Assembly: GCA_000697335.1 (NCBI GenBank)
Contig: JNEM01010494.1
Location: 107,485-127,484 of the forward strand
Direction: 5' to 3'
Length of the DNA: 20,000 nucleotides
DNA from: Conidiobolus incongruus B7586
Taxonomy: Eukaryota
Shown: positions 1 to 8,951 of the stretch, piece by piece
Position numbering within the stretch: the first letter of the stretch is position 1
Layout of the letters: each line of letters starts with the position of its first letter
Position numbers and translations under genes: made by a program
The notes under the pieces: generated by a model
The model's input: the letters and a program-made list of their open reading frames with translations, nothing else
What the model was told of the DNA's origin: nothing
The model's database searches: none

Positions 1-1275
1 CAATCAATTTACAATGACTACATATTTACCATTAGAGAATTATTATGATTGATGATGAATTGTGGGTGATTAATTTCCATTTTCTAGTGAGCTAAATTTC
101 AAAAATATCAAGTGATTCATAATATCAGAAAATATGAATAAATCTGATCTATTTTCTGAATGGCAACATTAGTAAGCTTGTAGTAATAAAAGCGATAGAA
201 TTAACTATTTTTTGATTAAAATGTATATATAAAAATATTTAGATATAATTTTGATTAGCATTGTATAAATCAGTCGTGTGAATATATTAACATCAGAGAA
301 ATATATAATTTAATGTTCATAACTACTATCAATATTTTACATTATTCTGATTCTAGTGCTCAATGAAATCATAGTTTTTATCTTTAAAGTAATAAATTTA
401 AAAAATTATCAACTTATATCAGGTATATATGTGAATAATTTATAAAAGGCGTTACCATTTTAAAAATATAGACTTTGATAATTCTATATTGATTATATTT
501 ATCAAAGCTATAATTCTAATAACTATTATCAACATATCTATTTATTAGTTTCATTTTTACTTACAATATAACTATATTGCTCAAATTTCCATTAATTTTC
601 TCATCTAATTAAATATTGTACTAAATCGAATTGAGAGATTTAATTATAATGGGTAATACCTTTTGCAGAATGACTCATATTGAATAAATGTAAAATCATT
701 TGATTTAAATTTCTTGACACTTTTATTACTATTTACTTTAAAACTGGAGATCATATTACATTTTGTAATATATGTGTTGGTCCTACTTAGAATATAAATT
801 AAGTAGCAATATGTTTTATTCTTTACTATTGGAACCAAACTACATCCAAAACAATAATTATATAATTGTTATAATTGTTATATTTTGTGATATAAACACT
901 AGTAAACTTGAAATTCACCTTTAATTTTTTAAATAATATATTTATATTTTATAGAGCATATTTCAATTAAAATTGAATATATTCTATATATTTGTTGATT
1001 TTAAAATGTCAATTAAAGAAATTAAGAATTAAACTCGTGCATTTTGAGTTTACCATTCTTCAATTAATGGTTCAATATATTTGGCTTATAATACACAATC
1101 GCTCATTTTCATATCAAAAGTTATGTTATAGAAAATTATGATACAAAAATTTGTCAAGTACAGATTTCATAAGAAAATTTGTATTGGATCTAAATGACCT
1201 CAAATGATATAACAAAAGATTGAAATGGTTTATTTGAAATTATATTGTCTTAAAATATAATCATATTTTATTGTT

Positions 1276-4200
1276 TTATTCTTTCAATTGAGATAAATAT
1301 TGATTCCATCCTTTGACTTCAACATTGGGTGTACCATCGGATTGGATTGGATACTTGGAAATCGCTTCAGCAAATAGAGATGCCAAATTTGATTGATTGA
1401 TCAATGGAATACCAATATCAACAGCTGAACGACGAATCAAATACCCAAGGTAGCTGTTATCTTCACCAATTCCATTCGACTCTTTCTTTTGTTCAACAAG
1501 TTGTTGTATAGATGGAGCACCAATAGGTTTATCTCGAGAAAAGTCCATTACCATGTCAATTCCATTCTCTTTTAACACATCTCGGATCTTGTTATTCAAA
1601 AGTAATGGATTTCGCTCTTCTGATAATGAAGGGAACGAAACTAATTTAATATCTAAATCAGGGAATTTGTCTTTGATAGCATCATAAATATACTGATTCC
1701 AAACGACTACTTGTAAATTGGCAACTTCTTTGATCAAGTTGGCTACTCGTGTTACAACCTTCAAAGGAGCATGCTCATCTCCAGAACTTATTAAAACGGC
1801 CTGTTTTGGAAGCTTAAAGCCAGTAGTAGATTGAATTGCAGCCAAGTAGGCCTCATGTTTATCTTTACCAAAGCATGCAACCTCTCCAGTTGATGCCATT
1901 TCGACTCCCAAAAATGGATCGGCGCCCTGAAGACGTGTCCATGAGAATTGAGATGCTTTGACTGCTTGATAAGGGTACTCTTTGTTCATTAAATTGATGG
2001 GCTCAATGTTTGAAGTTGAAGTCATCGCTTGAGCTGCAGTATCAATGAAATTATGATTCAAAACCTTGGAAACAAATGGGAAGGATCTGGAAGCACGTAA
2101 GTTACATTCAATTACTTTCAATTTCTCGTCCGAATCCTGAGTGCCTTCCTTGCGAATGATCTGCATGTTAAAAGGACCTGTAATATCGAAGGCTTTAGCC
2201 ACTTTTTGAGCAATTTCGTATATCTTATCCTTTGTTTGTTGAGGTAAATCCTTAGGAGGAAGCACTAGAGTGGCATCTCCTGAATGCACACCAGCAGGTT
2301 CAATATGTTCAGAAATAGCATGGCACAGCACATTTCCTTTTTGTGCAACACAGTCAACATCGATTTCTTGGGAGTTTTGCTCAAATTTAGTGATAACAAC
2401 GGGATGTAATGGTGAAACGTCAGTAGCAAGAGATAAAAATCGATCTAAATCCTCTGGAGTATGGGCTACATTCATAGCAGCTCCAGAAAGTACGTAAGAT
2501 GGACGAACCAAGACAGGATAACCTACTTGATTGGCAAATTCAAAGGCTTGTTCAGTTGTTGTCAATTCTTTCCAAGCTGGTTGATCGACCCCTATTTCAT
2601 CCAAAGTCTTTGAGAATTTATATCTATCTTCAGCTTGATCAATCATAACAGGACTGGTTCCTAAAACATTGGCTCCGATATTGTGCAAAGAAAGTGCAAT
2701 ATTTTGAGGTAACTGACCGCCCACGCTAACAATAACACCTTGGGCTTGTTCTCGTTCATAAATGTCTAATACCCTTTCTAGACTTAATTCATCAAAATAT
2801 AATCGATCACATTCATCAAAATCGGTGGATACAGTTTCTGGATTGTAATTCAACATGACTGTTTTGTGACCCATTTTACGAAGAGCTCGAATGCAGCTCA
2901 CGCCACACCAATCAAATTCGACAGAAGACCCAATTCGATAAACTCCGGATCCCAAGACCATAGTACCTTTGTCTTTAAACTCAATATCGTCTTGAGAAGC
3001 ATTGTAGGTAGTATATAGATAATTGGTATGTGCAGGAAACTCTGCTGCTAGAGTATCGATTCGTTTGACTAATGGAATGATACCATAACTTTTCCTCAGT
3101 TGACGGACATCTAATTCATTAACTATAGCATTTGGTTTAGATAATCGATGTGCGATTTGTAAATCAGAAAATCCCGATTTTTTAGCCTGTTCCATAAGAT
3201 CTTTAGGCAACGTATGAATGTTATGTTGAGATAATTGATTATAAATCTTGTATAAATTTTCTAACTTGTATAAGAACCATCGATCTATTTTGGTAAGACT
3301 GTGAATTTTTTCAACGTCATAGCCATGTTCAATCATTGAGTTTATCACCCCAAAAAGACGACGATCAGTAGGATTTGATAAAAACTCGTTTAACACAGGA
3401 TCATCTGCCTTATCCAAAGATTTTTCAGTGATCGATTTGTATAAATTTTTCATGGGATGGAATCCAAGAAAAGCAGGATCAACCATTCGAATAGCTTTCT
3501 GTAAACTCTCTTCAAAAGTTCTGCCAACTGCCATCACTTCACCCACACTCTTCATACTGCTTCCAACGTGTCGATCTACTTGACTAAATTTGGTCAAATC
3601 CCAACGAGGGATTTTAGTAACCACATAGTCTAGAGAAGGTTCAAAGCATGCAGTAGTAGTTTTGGTCACTGAGTTCTTTAATTCTGGCAATGTATATCCC
3701 AAACCAAGTTTAGCAGCTACAAATGCAAGAGGGTATCCAGTTGCTTTAGATGCTAATGCACTACTGCGACTTAATCGAGCATTCATTTCTATTACTTTGT
3801 ATTCCAAGCTGTATGGATCTAAAGCATATTGGACATTACATTCACCAACAACGCCCATATGGCGAACGATAGCAATCGCGGCAGTTCGTAATAAATGATA
3901 TTCTTCGTCAGAGAGAGTTTGAGATGGAGCAACAACAATAGAATCTCCTGTGTGAATGCCTAATGGATCAAAATTTTCCATATTACATACTGTAATACAA
4001 TTATCGGCAGCATCTCGAACAACTTCGTATTCTACTTCTTTCCAGCCTTTCATTGATTTTTCCACAAGAATTTGAGGACTCAAACTTAATGATTTACTGG
4101 CTAAACTGGTTAATTCTTCTGGATCATTTGCAAAACCAGATCCTAAACCTCCTAAAGAGAATGCAGATCGAACAATAATGGGATACCCAATTTCTTGAGC

Positions 4201-4926
4201 AGCTTTTAAAGCATCATCTACGGTGGAGACGGCGACAGATTGAGCGACAGGTATGTTAATTTCATTTAATGCTTTGACAAATAGATCACGGTCTTCAGAA
4301 GTGATTAAGGTTTGAATAGGTGTACCTAACACCTTGACTTGGTACTTTTCAAGAATGCCTCTTTTATATAGCTCAATACCACAATTTAGAGCAGTTTGAC
4401 CTCCAAATGATAAAAATATGCCATCTGGGCGTTCTTTTCGAATGACTTCCTCTAAAAATTCAGGTGTAACAGGTGAAAAATAGACCTCATCAGCTAGCTC
4501 CTGACCTGTTTGGATAGTTGCGATATTGGGATTTACCAGAACCGTCTTGATGCCATTCTCTTTTAATGCTTTAATCGCTTGAGAACCAGAATAGTCGAAT
4601 TCACCAGCTTGACCTATGGATAAACCTCCAGATCCTACTACAAGCACTTTTTCATAATGGGGTTTTTCTAACGTTGTGTAGTTGATAGTATCGATATTGT
4701 TATGGATTGAAGTTGACATATATTTCATTCCGCCACACTGAAAATATTGGACGTTGGATGGTTTAAAATGCTTTTTCTGGGTTTGAAAAGGAACCAATCG
4801 AGAAGTGTGACGAGTTGAGTATAATTTCGAAGTATATGATGGGATACATCTGGGATATAAGTTTTTGATATTATTGACAGCAGTTGGGGCTGAATTTCTA
4901 ATCCTATTTAACGGTATTCTAATCAT
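1276..4926 (-). CDS. CPA2: Arginine-specific carbamoyl-phosphate synthase large subunit (CPS-A), single exon, 1216 aa, with likely mitochondrial presequence
   Basis: The ORF has the CPS large-chain motifs KVLVVGSGGLSIGQAGEFDYSGSQAIKAL, NMENFDPLGIHTGDS, IEMNARLSRSSALASKATGYPLA, VLGSGVYRIGSSVEFDW and IECNLRASRSFPFVSK, plus a C-terminal MGS-like region. It is not fused to glutaminase, DHOase or ATCase domains, so it is not URA2/CAD. The first ~70 aa are rich in R/S/T and contain no acidic residues. Confidence 0.96.
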   Translation of the reverse strand: MIRIPLNRIRNSAPTAVNNIKNLYPRCIPSYTSKLYSTRHTSRLVPFQTQKKHFKPSNVQYFQCGGMKYMSTSIHNNIDTINYTTLEKPHYEKVLVVGSGGLSIGQAGEFDYSGSQAIKALKENGIKTVLVNPNIATIQTGQELADEVYFSPVTPEFLEEVIRKERPDGIFLSFGGQTALNCGIELYKRGILEKYQVKVLGTPIQTLITSEDRDLFVKALNEINIPVAQSVAVSTVDDALKAAQEIGYPIIVRSAFSLGGLGSGFANDPEELTSLASKSLSLSPQILVEKSMKGWKEVEYEVVRDAADNCITVCNMENFDPLGIHTGDSIVVAPSQTLSDEEYHLLRTAAIAIVRHMGVVGECNVQYALDPYSLEYKVIEMNARLSRSSALASKATGYPLAFVAAKLGLGYTLPELKNSVTKTTTACFEPSLDYVVTKIPRWDLTKFSQVDRHVGSSMKSVGEVMAVGRTFEESLQKAIRMVDPAFLGFHPMKNLYKSITEKSLDKADDPVLNEFLSNPTDRRLFGVINSMIEHGYDVEKIHSLTKIDRWFLYKLENLYKIYNQLSQHNIHTLPKDLMEQAKKSGFSDLQIAHRLSKPNAIVNELDVRQLRKSYGIIPLVKRIDTLAAEFPAHTNYLYTTYNASQDDIEFKDKGTMVLGSGVYRIGSSVEFDWCGVSCIRALRKMGHKTVMLNYNPETVSTDFDECDRLYFDELSLERVLDIYEREQAQGVIVSVGGQLPQNIALSLHNIGANVLGTSPVMIDQAEDRYKFSKTLDEIGVDQPAWKELTTTEQAFEFANQVGYPVLVRPSYVLSGAAMNVAHTPEDLDRFLSLATDVSPLHPVVITKFEQNSQEIDVDCVAQKGNVLCHAISEHIEPAGVHSGDATLVLPPKDLPQQTKDKIYEIAQKVAKAFDITGPFNMQIIRKEGTQDSDEKLKVIECNLRASRSFPFVSKVLNHNFIDTAAQAMTSTSNIEPINLMNKEYPYQAVKASQFSWTRLQGADPFLGVEMASTGEVACFGKDKHEAYLAAIQSTTGFKLPKQAVLISSGDEHAPLKVVTRVANLIKEVANLQVVVWNQYIYDAIKDKFPDLDIKLVSFPSLSEERNPLLLNNKIRDVLKENGIDMVMDFSRDKPIGAPSIQQLVEQKKESNGIGEDNSYLGYLIRRSAVDIGIPLINQSNLASLFAEAISKYPIQSDGTPNVEVKGWNQYLSQLKE

Positions 4927-4996
4927 TTTACAAGGAATCTGGATGATGAAGGTAGATAATCGAGTGAAACGAATGATAATTTTAGGTTATATTAAT

Positions 4997-5095
4997 CTAA
5001 GAAAATTGTGGTATTAGTAAATGATTATGACAGGTTGAATGAAAAAATTTGGAAATTGATTGGTATTAAAATTGTAGTAAGTGGTTAGGGATTAC
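4997..5095 (-). other. Putative 99-nt 5'-UTR intron of CPA2
   Basis: On the minus strand there is a donor AAG|GTAATC at 5095, a branch point TACTAAT at 5019-5013 and an acceptor TTAG ending at 4997, 70 nt upstream of the ATG. Confidence 0.5.
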
Positions 5096-5270
5096 CTTAA
5101 TAAATACAGTTGAATAATTTACAAATGATTAATTATATTAGTTAAATATTTAAGGATTGAACCTGTATTTATACTGATCTGTATGCTATAATTGAATCAA
5201 TGCAAATAGATTACTTAAATTGATATGTATCGAATAAAGATGCCATAACAGTGAATATAATTGACATTTT

Positions 5271-5279
5271 GTGACTCAT
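5271..5279. promoter_or_regulatory. Gcn4/CpcA (AP-1-type) binding site upstream of CPA2
   Basis: GTGACTCAT is a full match to RTGA(C/G)TCAY, about 345 bp upstream of the CPA2 ATG. Arginine biosynthesis genes are known general-control targets in fungi. Confidence 0.6.
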
Positions 5280-7201
5280 GCTAATTGGTTTAAGATTGTC
5301 ATTTTGAGTGATATCAGAATTAAGGGTTTTGCTTATTTTTTTACATAATTGATAAGGAATATTGAACCAATAGGATTTAATTTGAATTTTTGAATCACAT
5401 ATCTATATATCAATACTATACCACCACAATCTATGATATCCTTCTACTGTCTTTATCTAATCCAAAAAAAAATATTGAATGGCATATGTAAAATTGGAGT
5501 GTTCTGATTGTGAATATAAAAAGAGTTTTTGGTTTATGAAATAGTGGATTCATCAGTAAAATAAATCTGGCTAAATTGGATTTCTTTTTCTGTTGAGATA
5601 TAAATCATCCTAATATTTGTTTTTGAAATAAATCAAATCTGTTACTTGATATAATGTAATTATATGTTTATAGATGATTAGATATATTTATCCATTTAAA
5701 AATATTTGTCAATTTACCGAAATGTTATTGTGATAATTTAATAATTATTCGATATTAGTCTGGATAGAATCATTTCGAGTCACAGATATTTTCGGTGCGA
5801 CATACTCATTTTCATCAATTTTCAAAATAATTTCAAGAATCCACATTGTTATTAAAGTTATTCTCCTTATTTGGTAAAATTTCACTCTTAGGTATATAAT
5901 TTAAATTGTATACTTTAATCTACATTTAATTCATTTCATAATCCGTTCTAATTTTTGAGGTTATAAATTAAATTTTAGTATTTTTTATACTTATTTTTAT
6001 GAATATTATAATAATATTTTTATAAAATGAAATATCAATTATATAATATATATATATATTAGAAATTTTATCATTTAAATATATGTATTAAAATATGAAA
6101 ACTATCAGCCATATATACCTTTTTGCTATCAATTTTCTATTGGGTCATATTTTCAAATTCAAGAAGTATATGTTATAATGTGAATTATATATACATCGCA
6201 TAAATGCATTAAGTGGATATGAGTTTAATATACCTAGATATCCATAAATGAATTGATTGCAATAGTATCATAAAGTGATTATTCTATTTAATTAAATGAC
6301 TATTGCTACAATGATTGACAACATTCCTATTCTGAATTGATATTTGAATATCAAATTTTGTTTCCCTTACTTAATAAACATTGATTCAGTGTAAAGATAT
6401 ATAGAACCAATTCTAGAGTACAATTCTTTGGCTACTTTATTATGTCAATTAGTATTTTTTGAAATTGATCAGGTGCTTACTATTTGTCTGCAACAGTAGC
6501 TGATAATTTGAATTTCAATATAAAATATTGAATTTAAACCAAGTCGACATATACTAGTTTATTGTTCTTTAATTATAGATTTTATTAATAAATAAATTTA
6601 TATCAAATTTGATTAATTGCTATTAATTTGAAATCAAACTGAACTTGTTTTGGTTAAATCTACATTAAATAAATTCAATTGATGAAAATGATGGTTTTAT
6701 ATTGATTATCAGTTCAGTATTATGCTAATATCATTTACTACTTTATCAACTCATACCAGATACCAAATATATGATAAATAATTTATTTCAACACATAATT
6801 TTGTTTCGGAAACATATTAAATATATATGATTTGATTAAATATAAACATTGAAATAGCTTTATATAAAATGATAATATTAAATATTTATATCAAAATAGA
6901 AAAATTAAAAATAAAAAATAATGAATTACCATACAAATAATTATGTATTATTAAAACCACAGGCAATGTATCATAATCATTTAACTATAGTTGTTTAGAA
7001 TATATGCTATCGAATCTCAAAAAAATCTTTTTGAGTAATTAATATTATACGTATCCTAAGTGAATGGGCTATTTTATGTTTGAAATATTGTTCAGATTGC
7101 TAAATAATAACTAAATAATTAAGATGATTCCACAGAAAAGGTTGAATCACTTTATTAATACTATAGATATCCAAACATTAAAGTTTGGCAAGGAGTTTGA
7201 A

Positions 7202-8689
7202 TTAATTATTAGACTGAAGGGGGTTTTCCAAGGTCTCGAAATTCGTATGAAAAGCAGACCTACTTGTTGGATGATATTTTCAGTCATAATAGCTCTTTTA
7301 TGCTCATCAAATGCCATCTGAGAACATTTACGAGCCAAGTAGCATGCTGCATAGCCTGCTAATAATCCAAAGATATCAGTAGCAATTGATTGATCATGCC
7401 TAATTTGGAATATAAATAAATAATTGTTTATATCGAAATATATTTGATTACCAAGTTTTCTGAGAATATTGAGAACTCCATGATAAAAATTCACTAATTA
7501 ATCCAGACAAAATATCACCTTGTCCACCACATCTTTTAAGACTACTTTGAACATAGCATTTCTATACTAAATACTTGTTTGAATTTGATACATAAAATAG
7601 TAAATACCTTGGAACCCATCAGAAATATTGTCAACGTTATCTTTTTGGACAATTGTGACTCCTTGAAACTTTTCACTCAATATCAATGCCAATTGATCCA
7701 AAGGTATATGATCAGGATCAATATCTTAGAAATCGAAATGAATATGTGATAAATATTTAAAAAAAACTGGAAGTAATTACCGTAGTTTTACATAATGACT
7801 GAAACTCTACAAAATTTGGAGTTAAAACAGCATTCTTATAGCCTATAACTAAATCTGGTGAATTTTGAATTAAAAATAAGCCATCCTAAAGTTCGTGAGT
7901 AGATAATAATTGGTGATATTCACAGAATTGACTCCATTAATCACAATAGGCAATGAACGCTCTTTAGCTGCAAGGATGACTTCTGTAATATTTTTCAAAA
8001 TGTTTTCATCTCTAAAAAATCCAGACCCAATGACAATTGAATGAACTCTATCGAGGATGCCTACAGATTTTGTTTTGATTTAATCAAATTCCCCTTCGGT
8101 AACATTTCTACTGAGTATATTAATATAAATGAAAAAATAATTAAACTATATTAATTACTTCCCAGTTTTCAAGTACGGGTGAATTAATAAATCTTGATCG
8201 ATGGTTACATTGAATATTTATAATATGAATATTTACATTATTTACCAGGAGAATAAGCCTAAATTTATATAAGCAAAATTATAATAGAATATAAATATTA
8301 AGCAATTACCTTGATGACTGTAGCAGCAGATTCTTCACAAATAATATAAGCAATATCTACACCCAAATGATTAAGTAATATTAGCTATATATCAAATTAA
8401 ATATAATAGTTGCAAAATACAGCTCTGAGGGCGGAGCTATCAGCAAAGTAAGGAGCCCCAGTGTATCTATATATCACTTAATTGGTTTTAAATAAACTTG
8501 TATATAAAACAACAAATACTCTATGGAACCACCAAATACAGCAATACAACTTTAAAAGACAAGAATCTTATTAAAAATGGTGCTTAGTTAATATTGATAG
8601 AGTCAGCAGCTTGTCCTTTCCTTAAGTTTTGATTGAGGATGAATTAATTTTTTAAATATTTCGGAAATCAAACTAGAGCTCATTGACAT
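7202..8689 (-). pseudogene. NNR2: Unprocessed pseudogene of ATP-dependent (S)-NAD(P)H-hydrate dehydratase (NAXD/CARKD/NNR2, YjeF-C family), 11 exon remnants
   Basis: Reconstructed exons (approximate): 8689-8607, 8550-8520, 8466-8421, 8363-8310, 8258-8246, 8192-8159, 8110-7933, 7884-7782, 7725-7608, 7566-7452, 7399-7202. They give RKGQA/CIAVFGGSIEYTGAPYFA, AYSPDLLIHPYL, LDRVHSIVIGSG, PIVINGDGLFL, LTPNFVEF and KRCGGQGDILSG. Lesions: frameshift near 8640, TAA at 8082-8080, TAG at 7564-7562, four non-canonical splice dinucleotides, and a probable frameshift near 7257. Confidence 0.88.
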
Positions 8690-8951
8690 TTTTAATTAAT
8701 TTTCACCATAGAATAATATGACTTTGCTTTTACACTTAATATATGGAATTCATTTTATCGACATTATGGGATATATTATCACTCTTTATGAATTAATAGA
8801 TACCATGATCAAAAATATAGGCCATTTTGACATCATTAAAATTTGAATTCAGAATAAAAACATTAAAGCCAATCAAATACCATAATTTCAAGAAATTATA
8901 ATCTATATTAAATAGTTAAATTCACTTTTGAATAGACAATGTTGAAATAAA

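Noticed and set aside
51..147. Box C (ATGATGA) ... box D (CTGA) pair suggesting a C/D snoRNA
   Set aside because: I saw no convincing terminal stem or recognisable rRNA-complementary guide, and such motifs are common by chance in AT-rich DNA.
644..838. 64-aa minus-strand ORF
   Set aside because: It has a non-ATG start, an AT-driven composition and no recognisable motif, so it is probably spurious.
2270..3898. Plus-strand ORFs 2270-2497 and 3662-3898
   Set aside because: They are antisense shadows of the CPA2 coding sequence.
4927..5243. Arginine attenuator peptide uORF or N-terminal extension of CPA2
   Set aside because: There is no minus-strand ATG in this interval, and an in-frame TAA lies at 4989-4987. 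The AAP belongs to the small-subunit gene CPA1/arg-2.
7124..7494. ORFs 7124-7321 (+) and 7147-7494 (-) as independent genes
   Set aside because: The minus ORF is the last NAXD exon read through an intron and a probable frameshift. The plus ORF is its antisense shadow.
7562..8082. Stop-codon reassignment or readthrough explaining the in-frame TAA/TAG in NAXD
   Set aside because: The other genes here have no internal stops and terminate at TAA, TAG or TGA. Frameshifts and broken splice sites co-occur with the stops, so pseudogenisation is simpler.
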